From: Desulfobulbaceae bacterium
GTDB lineage: Bacteria; Desulfobacterota; Desulfobulbia; Desulfobulbales; SURF-16
Direction: 5' to 3'
Length of the DNA: 64,000 nt
Assembly (NCBI GenBank): GCA_002868945.1
Contig: PKTX01000068.1
Span: 4,505-68,504 of the forward strand
A program made the position numbers and the translations under genes. A model generated the notes under the pieces. The model was not told the origin of the DNA and searched no databases. It saw nothing but the letters and a program-made list of their open reading frames with translations. Positions 41,301 through 53,300 of this stretch are shown here, piece by piece (position 1 is the stretch's first letter; every line of letters begins with the position of its first letter).

Positions 41301-44300
41301 CGCCGTGCCCAAGGATGGTGATGTGGTTACCATCAATGTTGTTGTTCAGAACCTTGGTGAGCAGGGCAGGGAAGATGTGTCAGTACATTATTATGAGGGG
41401 GAGAGTGTTATTAGCACTGAGGTTATCCCCGTTTTTGGTGGTAATAGCCAGCAAGAGCTTTCCTTCACCTACGATACCTTAAATAAGAGTGGCAGCCATC
41501 AGTTTCGTCTTGTTGTTGATGAACAAAATCTTGTTGTCGAACAGCGTGAGGATAATAACCAAGCCACTAGAATCTTAGGCGTCCAAAATGCTGATCTTTG
41601 GCTTAGTGAACGCTATATATCCCCTAACGGTGATGGCATTCAGGACAGTACCGAGTTTTTCTTCAGGCTTGAAAGTGCTCAAACTGTTCGAGTAGAGGTA
41701 GTGAACTCCAAAGGGTTCGTGAATCGCACATTTGCCGGTGGTGATCTTGAAGAAACCTTAGGCTCAACTCTGACTTGGGACGGACTCGCCGACAAAGGAA
41801 CGGTTGTAGCTGATGGCGAGTATCAAATACGTGTTGTTGATGGTGGAGGATCCGTGCTGGCTGCCTTGCCGGTGACGGTGGATAATGATCGATCGCCCCT
41901 TACAGAGGCCATAGGTACCGATTATCTTTTGCAAAATAATATCACATGTGAGTTGCCTGATATTGGCTATTTGAATTGGAGTAAAACTTGGTTGTGGAAT
42001 TGGACACCAGATGAAAGTGGAATTGTTTTCCTGATTAATAATTGGGATGAATTGTTGCCGGATTATCCTGCCGGTTTCTACTCCATGGGCCCAGATGGTT
42101 CGGATATTTCTCCCTACTTTCCAACCTCATGGCAGGACGACAGTATTTATAGCTATTATTACGAATTCGGGCTTGGAATGGCTTTGTCACAGTATAGTCA
42201 GAAACTTGCTTTTATTCGTACAATTTATAAAAAATCAACAAGTGCTCGAGATTATGAAGTTCAAGAGTTGTGGGCCGTAGATCGTAGTGGTGCGAATTTA
42301 ACCTTGCTGGATTCATATCTTACGAATGAATCAAAAATTGAGTTTGCAGGAGACGAAGATTATATGCCTGTTGGCGCTTGGTCGCCTGACGGTTCAAAAT
42401 TCGCCTATTTTATTCGTAAAAATTCTGGCTCTCGGGATGAAGCTGAAGAGGGCAAGTTGTACATTGTTAACGCAGACGGATCAGGAAAGATTGAAATACC
42501 TATAGGAGTTGTCACATATTATGCCGGATACCCCTTGAAATGGTCGCCTGATGGGAAGTTCTTAGCGTATACTGCCTTTGACCCTGATGATGATTACTTG
42601 CTTGAGCTTGGCATAGTTGACGGGGCGGATGGTTCAAAATTGGCCGTTGATAATGTGGCTAGGGGTTATGAGACATACTTTCTTTGGACCCAGGATAGCA
42701 GTTCAGTCGTTTATTTAACGAGTGCTTGGGCGGTTGGTTTGGATGACGCTGATCAAGCCTTGTTGAGCCTGAACACTGCAGGTGAACAGAAGCTGCTTTG
42801 GCAGACAGAAGATTGGGTTAGGTTTGATACTGTTGACGACTCTATATATGGACCACCTTTTACTCTGTTTGACGATAACACCATTGTAATTTCTGCCTAT
42901 GACTATGATATAGGCGAGCAGCAAATCTATCTCATTGATATCCATGGGGTTGCAGAGAACAATCGGCAATATACCCAGGTTGAGAGCATGGTTATTGATG
43001 GTGGCACTGGTTATGATGAATCAAACTATTATGGCGACTGTGAAGACTATGCCGTGAGTTCAGCCAGCGGGTTGGTTGCCTATGCAGACTGTAGTGATGA
43101 TACTGGATCCATTAAGGTCTGTGATAGCTTAGGGGGATGCACTAAATACGAGAATGGTCAACCACCTGCTGGTAGTGTGGGGTGGGGGTCTCCCTATGAT
43201 TTACGCTGGTCAGCAGATGGCAGGAGGCTTGCGTATATAGCACAATTACCTGTGGAGGAAAATGGCCACATTGCAAATAACTTCTTAGACACAGTGGTGA
43301 TTCTTGATGTAGGAAGTGGAGATAAGAAATTATTTGTTCTTGGGGTTGCAGAAAACGAACCATTTGCCGAGGCAGCTACAAGAGTTTATTACGAAAACAC
43401 CCTGCAGTGGATGGGAGATAACGTCTCCGTAATGGGGAGTGATGAGAACGGAACTTTTGTTGTCGATTCAGAAAATGGTGTTCTCAATTATCTTCCCATT
43501 GAGGCCTATGATTATTATCCCGAGGAAGTTCGCCTTTCTCCTCTTGGTAATTACATTACAGTAAACTCGTATAAAGACACTGTTACACCATGTGCCAGCA
43601 GCACTAATATCTGGTCTATCAGTTCATTACTAAATCTTAAAGCCGTTCTGGCAGTCACAAAAGACAGTTCTGCTCTCTACCTGAAAGGTACTGCTGCAGA
43701 TCGTAATTTCGAGAGTTTTACCCTAGAATACGCTGACCTGGATAACCCAACGCTTTGGCAGCTTATTGCTCCGCCAACTTATTCACCCCGCGTTAATGAG
43801 GATTTTACCTCTTGGGTTCCTCCCTATGAAGGCAATTTCCTGATCAGGCTGACCGTGCGCGATAAGGCCGGAAATGAAGCTTCGTCTCGGAAAAGGGTTT
43901 CTTGGGGAATGTCAGCCAGCCTGACCAATCTTTATCAAACAGAGAACATCTTTTCTCCTAATGGAGATGGTGTCAAAGACTCTGTAAATCTACATTATTC
44001 AGTCACGGAACCCATCCATCTTGAGTTCTTTATCTATGATGAAGATGGACTTCTTGTCAATTCGTATAGCAAAGATCACAGTGCTGCGGGGGTAGATTAT
44101 GTTACTTGGGATGGTCGTAACTCCATTGGCCAAGTTGTTGAAGATGGTGATTATGTCATTAAGGTTTTTGATTATTCTTTTGGCTTCACCGTTGATACCA
44201 GCCCCCCTCAAGCCAGAATTGGATTTTCAGGGCTTTATTTTGCCGATTCACTTCTTAAAGCACGATTGGAAGGTCATGTAGATGATGAAAATCTTCTTGA

Positions 44301-47300
44301 GTGGATTGTTGAATATGGCGAGGGAATTAATCCGCAGGAGTGGCATGAATATCTAATTGGTACAGCATCCGTGCTCGGGGATGGTCTGTTTAAGGCTTTG
44401 TCGGGTGGTAGTTTAGGGTTTGCAGTGAACAAGCAGTTTCGGATTACTGCCAAAGATGAAGCAGGCAATGTTGGTATTGCCCTTACCTCTGATTTGCTTG
44501 AAGAAGCATTGTTAATTACCCGGTTTGATGAGTCGTTTTTTAGCTCTGGAAAAGATGAGCAAGGCGAGTGGCAAACTTTAGATCGTGTTTCTTTAGATAA
44601 AAATATTCCTGGCAAACATTCTTTTACAGTCAATGAGACCTATATATCTTCCCTGTCGAGTGTAAATGTCCAATATCGGATAGGACAAGAATGGATCAAC
44701 GCTCCTGATTATTCGGCAGGTTTATCAGCTTTTGCAGTAATTCCCTGGGATAACTCAACACTGGCCTATAATGAAATTGAGGCCATGCGTGTAAGGGCTA
44801 CAACTGAGTCTGGGCAAGAGGTTTTTTCCAATGTTTTACTTTGGGCCGCTGATCTTGAGCCGTCTGAAGAAATTTTCTATGCGGGACTTTGCTATGACGA
44901 AAGTAGTCTAGAAAAATACAAAGGCGCTGCTCTTCTGAATTTGCCAGAAGATTCAGTCCAAGTGAAATTTCAGTACAGTGATTCTTCTGAAGACGTTTGG
45001 ACGGATTTCTTAGGTGTTGGTGTAGTAACTGTCCCTAATAGCATAGTATTTTATCCTTATCAGTATCTTGGTGATGATAATTACTTAATCAGAATGGTCG
45101 GTGAAAGTTTCGAAAATGAGTATTTCAGCGACAGTATAGCTTATCCTCCTACGACAAAATGTGAATCTGATGTTTCACCACCTAGCGGTGGTGGGGGTGA
45201 CTCTAGTTCTAGCAGTAAACCCGCTCTTTTCCTGTCTGTCGTTCTAGCTGAGGCTGAGGGTTGCAATAATGTTGCTCCAGGTCTGGCTACAATTTCTGCC
45301 AGTCCATTATATGTTGATGCAATCTTATTCAGGTCTCTTTCTTATTACCTTGAAAATGATTCCGGCAGTCGTCTTCTGAAGACATTTGATCTGACCTCAG
45401 AGCCGTGGGGCGAGGCAGTTGTTGATACAAATTTACTTGCTGAGGGAGCTTACACAGTCAAGGCTGTTTTTGAGTATGAACAGGATAGTAATAGTGAAAC
45501 CCTCACTGCCCAGAGCATCTTTTTTGTTGATCGGACTTTGCCGATAGCCCGACTCACGGGATTCTGTCCGGCCTTATTTGATGATCCAATCTCTGGCACA
45601 AAATGGTCTGGTCTCAAAATAGACGGTATTGCTGAAGATAATAAAGGAGTTAAAAGATACAGTCTCTTCTATGGGTACGGCGAAAACCCCACAAGTTGGG
45701 AGCCTGCACTTAATCATGATGGATACCAAATTACAGGTGGCAGCCGGGATGGTCTTCTCGGAGTATGGGATTATTCCAAACTGAAGTGGGACACCTATAC
45801 CATTCTCATTAAAACTGTAGATCGGGCCGGGAATATTAGCTGTGACACAAAACTGTTTACCATTAATGAAACAGGCCGTCTCAATGCTTCTCTTGATACG
45901 TTTCTGTTTTCTCCAAATACAGATGGGAAAAATGATTTTCTCAATATTTCCTATGACTTTACGGAACCTGCCACAATAACAACAGAGGTCTGGAATAATG
46001 ATGGGCTTGTAAGGCAGATATCCAGCTCAGAGAGCCTTGGTGCTCCGGAAACAATTGTCTGGGATGGTAAAGATGCTGCCGGTCCTGATGGTCAGCCTGT
46101 TGAGGACGGGGTTTACACTATTCGCATTCAGGCGACTGATAGCTGTGGTGCTGCTGAGCAACTCAGTTTCCAGGTCACTGTCGATAATACACCACCCGAG
46201 GTGTCGATTAGTTCTCCACAAGTTGCAGATAACCTGGCAATGCTCGTTCCCGTCGCTGGTGTTACTACAGATATTCACTTTGAACAATATATCCTTGAAG
46301 CTATTTCTGATACTGCAACAAACCAGATTTCAATCGGCTTCTCTCCTGTGTCAGAACAGCAACTTGGTAGCTGGAACATCAACGGTCTTGAAGGACAGTG
46401 GTCTTTACGGCTAGTTGCTACTGATCGCGCTGGGAACAGTAGTGAAGCCTTAGTTCCTTTTAATCTGGGTGCTAGAAATGACCTGCTTAAGGCGCTGTTG
46501 GCGGAGCCGGAAATATTTTCGCCAAATGATGATGGCAAACGTGATAGTGCTGAAATTCGTTATGAACTAGCACAGCCCAGTAATGCCAAACTGGAGATTT
46601 TTGATGAGTCGTCTACGTTGATAGAGAGCGCGGATCTAGGCGCTGTTGAACAAGGATCATATTCTTTTGTTTGGCAAGGGAATGACGGAACCACAGCTTA
46701 TCCTGATGGTAATTATCAGGTTGCTCTCACTGTTTCTTTAGCCAGTGATCCGACAATATCTCAAAGGGAAGTTGTAAAAGTAACTCTGGATAACACCTTG
46801 CCGGTTATTGATATTTCCAGCCCGCAGGATCAGGTGTTTTTGCAAGATCCTCAAACGATTGAAGGAAGCTTGGGCGACGATAATATTGCCACCTACTCGC
46901 TTGTTCTAGAGGATGAAAATGGCGTTGTTTGGGAAGAGCAGGGTGCCCAGAGCCGCTTAGATTATGTCTTTACCCTTATTGGTGATCTCGTCGATGGCAC
47001 CTACTCTTTAACTACGACAGTTACGGATCAAGCAGAAAATCTTAGCTCAAACACAATAGCATTTGTTGTTGATAAAACAGCACCAGGCCTACTCATTCAG
47101 TCCCCACAGAATGGTGAACTGTTTGGAGGAGTTAATGACCTCGTTCAGATTATAGGGAACCTAGAAGAGGTTAATCTTGATCATTTTGTTTTACGATATG
47201 GCGCTGGAAATGAACCATCCCTATGGACAGAGCTGGTCGCAGGTGATGTTCTGCCAAACAACGATGAATTAGCAAGCCTCACAGTTGGCAAAGATGCTGG

Positions 47301-50300
47301 TATTTCAGATGGGATATATACCTTGTCACTCCTTGCTATTGATAAGGCCGGCTGGGAGTCGGAAGTTCGTGTTGGCTTTGAAGTAGACAATACTCCCCCG
47401 GAGGTTACCTTCTTGGCACCGATGGCAGGTGGCTATGTCACGCAGCCGCTTGCCATTATCGGGTCAGTTTTGGATCAAAATCTTCGAGAATATTCTGTCT
47501 CGGTGTCACCTGGGGACTGCATTGATGCCTATAAGTGGCAGACGTTGGCAACTTCATACTCTGTAGTAAATAACGGTGATCTCGCCTCTTGGAAGATTTT
47601 ACCCTCTGACGGTAAATATTGTTTGGACATAGAAGCAGAAGACGCCAACGATTTTGTGGCAAAACAGAAGATTGATGTCCAGGTCGACACGTTGCCTCCG
47701 GCTCCACCAGTACTTACTGGCTTAATTGAAAAACGTTTAAACGCTGCTCTGAGTTGGAGCCAAAGTGGGGAGGCTGATCTTGCAGGATATAATCTCTATA
47801 AGGACGGCAAAAGGATTAACGAAAATCTTTTGAACGCTCTTGAATACAGTGAAGTAAATCTTCCTGAAGGTGAATATGTCTATACTGTTAAAGCTGTTGA
47901 TCATGCCGGTCAAGAGAGTGTTTCCTCCAATGAGATAGCTTTGCTCGTGGATGTAACCGGTCCGTCAGTGAACATTGCTTCGCCCCAGAATGATGACGTT
48001 GTCAGTGACCTGATTACCATAAAGGGTGGTGCCTATAGTAGTGGCGATTTTAAGGAATATCGGATTTATGTTGGTGTCGGTAGTAATCCTTCTGAGTGGC
48101 AGCAAATTAGAAGATCGCCTGTGCCTATACCTTATGGTGATTTGGCTAGCTGGGATACCCTCGGTCTTGCTGTCGGGCAGTACGCTATTAAGCTTGAAGC
48201 TGAGGATCTTTTAGGGAATGTCTCCAGCGCTGTTGTTGAGGTAAGTATCGACAATGAGCCTCCGTCGCCTCCTGTGTTGCTTTCTGCGACCCCTACTAAT
48301 GCAGATGTTGATCTTGTCTGGCAGACAAACAGTGAAACTGATGTTGCCGGTTACCTTCTCTATCGCAATCACCAACTAGTAAACGCACCCACTGGTACAG
48401 TGGTGGATGACATGTCGCTTTACCTGATCGATGGCACAGCCATTATCGATTCAGGAGTGCCGGATGGCACCTTTGTTTATTACCTGGAGGCCATGGACAA
48501 CGCCGGCAATATAAGCGGTCAGTCAAACAGTCTCGAAGTCAGCATTGATATGCGGCCACCACATGCTGAAATTGTTACTCCGCAAACGGGGCATGTCTTT
48601 GAGTATCCTTTGACTGTCAAGGCGGAGTCGATTGATTCCGATGTAGCCACCGTTCAATTCCAGTATAAGAGGGCATCAGATTCCGTTTGGCAAGACTTGC
48701 AGAAGGTATCCACAGTCCCATTTGTTATCTCTTTTGATCCTAGCGTCAAAGGCGAGCCCTATGGAGATTTTAATCTGCGGTCCATTGCCACGGATCAGGC
48801 TGGCAAGGTCGATCCTTTCCCCGAAGAAATTGTTGTCACCTATACTGATTTGACTCCACCACAACCTCCTGTCGGCTTGGCATCACTGACGCAGGGCGGT
48901 CAGGTTAATGTTGAGTGGCAGGCAAATAGTGAAACTGATTTTGCCGGCTACAATCTCTACCAGCTTATAGGTGAATCGAGGGTTAAACTGAATACTGCTC
49001 TGCTGGAAACTACAACCTTCTTGCACCAGGGTGACCAAGGACTTGATCTGGAAGATGGAACTTACGTGTATGGGCTTACCGCAGTGGATGGCCATGGTAA
49101 CGAGAGTAAACTCTCTTCTCCAGTTGAAGCCCTGATTTATGCCCCCCTCCTGCAACAGTCTTATACGCCTACCCTTGAAGCACAGAGTGTACTGATTGGT
49201 ACGGCGCAGCCTCAGGCACAAGTTGAACTCTGGCTTGAGAATGACCAACAAAATATTATTCTTGGAACGCCTCAAGCAAACGTTGATGGCTCTTTTACGC
49301 ACCAGGTAGATCTGTTGCCAGGTGAAAACAGTTTTTTTGCTAAAGCCACTGATGTCATTGGAAATGCCAGCAAGCCATCGGAACAGATGGTCGTTGTTCT
49401 GAGTGCTTTGCCATCTATGCCTACAGGTCTTGATGTTATTGTTGATGGCTATAACGCCACAGCCACCTGGAACGCCAACTCCGAAGCCGATATCCTTGGC
49501 TATCAGTTGGTTAGAAATGACCAGGAGGTTGAGCCGACAAGTCTTGTAAGTAGTGGCGTCACACATGCCTCTGATAGTGACTGGACCTCCTCACGAGCTT
49601 TCGACGGCAGCAGTAGCAGTTATTGGGGATCAAATAATTATTCAGATGTTTTTGGGCCTGTCTGGTGGCAGTTGGATATGCCGGAACAAAAAATGGTGAA
49701 TGAGGTTGCCATTGAGTGGCGTCAGAGCGGGGATACGATCTATTGCGCCAGTGACTTTGAGATCCAGGTCTGGTCTGGTTATGGCTGGGTGACCAAGGAA
49801 AAAATATCCGGTAATTCTGCTCCCCAGAACACTTTTGACTGGGACCAAGCCTACAGGACAGACAAGATAAGAATTTATATAACTGATCTTACCCCTCTAG
49901 ATAACGGCTCAAAATATGTCAGTATTTTTGAGGTAAGGGTTTCAGAGGAACATGTTATCTCTTCAACATCATATTCAGATACAGGGCTTACCGATGGTGA
50001 ATATCAATATCAGGTTGCCGCTATCAATGAACATGGTTTTAAAGGTCCTCTTACTCCTATATCAGAGGTGACGGTTGGTGATGTGGTTGCCCCTGAGCCG
50101 CCGATCAATCTTCTGGCTACAGTAACTGGCTCCGATGTCCAGCTAACCTGGGCAGCCAACAGCGAAGTGGATCTTGCAGGCTATAACGTATACCTGCAGA
50201 AAGAAACTGATTGGGTTAAGCTCAATACCGATCTTGTTCAAGAGGCAGCGTATCTGCATGGTGGGCTACGAAATGGTTCTTATTCCTATAGGGTAACAGC

Positions 50301-53300
50301 AGTAGATGGCGTTGGGAATGAGAGTCAACCTTCTCAAGTAGCTACAGCTGATATAGAAATCGCACTTCCTTTCTCATCTCCGCTTCTGGCGATTACCGCT
50401 CCGGCCGAGGGGAGTTCACTGTTCCTTACCTGGGGTGAGGTATCACTTGCTGCTGGTTATAACCTTTACCGCTCCACATCAGTGGGTGGTCCATATACGA
50501 AAACTCATACAGCTCCATTAAATGCACAATCATATAATGATAGCGGTCTTACAAATGGTATTTCGTATTACTATGTTGCTACAGCTGTTGACTCTTTGGG
50601 TAATGAGAGTGCCTACTCCAATGAGGTTATGGCCACACCCAACAAAACTCTCATCCCTGTTAAGCCTACTCTCTTGTCACCGACCACGACTGGTGTACCA
50701 CTAACTGTCCAACAAGAAACGGTCAGAGTAGCCGGTTGGGCTGAGCCTTTCTCCAGTGTAGAGCTTTACTCCGGAAATCTGTCTCTCGGTCGCACATATG
50801 CCACAGGTTCAGAGTCGACAGAGGATTATAACCTTTCAGACTATGTGAGTCAGGCAACGATGTCGCCTGATGGGCACAACATGGCTTATTTGTCATGGAG
50901 TTCCTTCTATATTTACAACACCGTTACAGAAGAAGCACAATATCTCGGTCGTAATGCGGAGAGTCCGAGTTGGGCACCTGATGGCAAAAGGCTTGCCTAT
51001 GTTATGTATGATTCATCTTGGGATATGCGACTGCATATATATGAAGTTGAGAATGATACATCTAGCCTCTTGATTTCTGATCAGGATGTCCAAGAGCGTT
51101 ATCCCTCTTGGTCGGCAGATGGTGCAAAGATTGCTTTTGTGAGCAGCAGAAATAATAGCCAAGGTATTTGGTTGAAGGATCTAATTACGGGGGAACTCAC
51201 TGAACTGGTTAGCGATGTCTATCCGAATTATATCGCTCTTGCTCCCGATGCTCGTCATCTCGTGTTCTCTCAAGGTGGCACCCTGTACCTAGTCGATCTG
51301 GTCACCAAAACAAAGACAACTATTGATGAAGCACTAAACAGCCGAGCAGACTACGGTAATACGCCATGCTGGGCGCCTGACAGTACCCTCTTGGCCTTTG
51401 CCTCTTCGCGTCAGGGTGATGTCTATATCTATGTTGTTGATATTGCTACTGGTGAGATAAACAAGCTCACTGATATTGCTAGCGAGTCATCACCTTTTGC
51501 CTGGTCTCCTGATGGTGCAAGGTTGCTCTATGTTGAACGACAAAGCGGCATGATATGGTCTGTTGATGTTGCTGAGCCGGGTGCAAGGGAGCTTGTTGCC
51601 AGTGAAGATCCATTTAGTGTGCGTTCAGTGCATTGGCCAAAGAGTGGAGAAATTTACTACGTAACAAATTACACATTAAGTAAGATTCGTCCTGCCGGGC
51701 TTTTTACCTTTGAAGATGTGCCGTTGGCAATTGGCGATAATATTTTAACTGCCATATCCACAGATTCTTCAGAAAACGTCAGTCCCTCATCCGATCCCAC
51801 TACAGTAACCCTTGATGCTGGAGCTTTTACTGATTTGGTCGTTGAACCTGCAGATATATTGGTTAACCCAATTGCTCCTTTATCCGGTGACATGACTTCG
51901 ATTGCTGTTGCTGTTAGAAATGAAAGTGGAGTTGTGGCTGAAAACGTTGATGTAAGCCTCTCAATGTGGGAGCCAGGTGGTCAGGTTGTTGAGCTTACTA
52001 CTGTAACCGTTGACACCATTCAGCCATACAATGAGGCCCTGATTCAGGTAGCGTGGGATTCAACAGCTAAGGCTGGTGAATTCACTATCCTCGCCACTGC
52101 TGATGTGAGCGGCAAAATTCTGGAGGTCTCTGAGGTTAATAATTTTGCCTCATCATCTTTCCATGTTGCCTTGGAAGAAGGGATAGGCTTTACAATGCAG
52201 ACGGATAAAGATAGCTACGCTGAAAATGAACAAGTGGCTATTGACCTCCGACTTCATAACAGTGGTATCGCTCAGGGTGTAACACTCAAGGTCGATATTG
52301 AGGATGGAAATAGTGTTCAGATTTCCTCCTTCGATGATATAAATGCTGCATTAACCTATGGAGGCGCAGAAGCATATTCATTAACCTGGAACACCGCCAC
52401 CACCTATGCCGGCACCTATCAGGTGCGAGGTCAGGTGTTTGATGCTGCCGGCTCGCTGCTGCGTGAAGAGGTGGCGCCGTTTACCCTCGAGCCGAATGAT
52501 TGCCTCGAGGCGGCCCTGAGCTTGGCACAAAGCAGCTTCGGCCCCCGTGAAGACGTGCGGATGACAGGTGATCTGATAAATTGCGGTTCCAACTATAATC
52601 AACCTGAGTTAAGCGTCCATTTTACCATTAACGACGGTGAAAACCCCCTTCACGATCAGTCCTATGACTTGCCCTGGTTGCTGGCCGATGGTGAGGCGCG
52701 CTTGAATGATCAGTGGAATACCGCCCTGCAGAGTCCCGGCGACTATACGGCCCAGCTGGAGGTGAGCCGTGACAATGTGATCCAGGCCGCTGCCAGTCAA
52801 TCTTTTACCATTGAGCCTGTGGTGCTGCTTGCCGGATCGGTGAAGGCAGATCCGAGTGTCAGCTTCCTGGGCAGACCGGTGGGGGTTGATTATCTGGTGG
52901 CCAATAACGGTAACACCACGGCCTCTGGCCTTGAGTTTACCATTATTGTCCAGGATGCGCAGACAGGGGCCGTGGTCGCCGAGGCCAGTCATACCCTGGG
53001 TCTGGACGTCAGCGCTACGTATAATAGCCGCCTCGATATCAATGGCAGCGTCTTTAGGCTCGGTAGCTATAATGTCCTCCTGCAGGCCGAACGGGCCGGA
53101 GAGGTGACCACCCTGGCCACCGATACGTTGCTCATCAAAGACGGTACGCCTCCGGTTGTTGAACCCCTGTCGCCGCTGGCGGCGGAGGTCTATAACGGCC
53201 CACTGTCGTTTGCCGTCAACGCCACCGATAATGCCACTGGCATTAAGTCTGTCGAATACAGCCTTGATGGCATCAAATGGCTGCCGCTGCCGGCTGCCGC

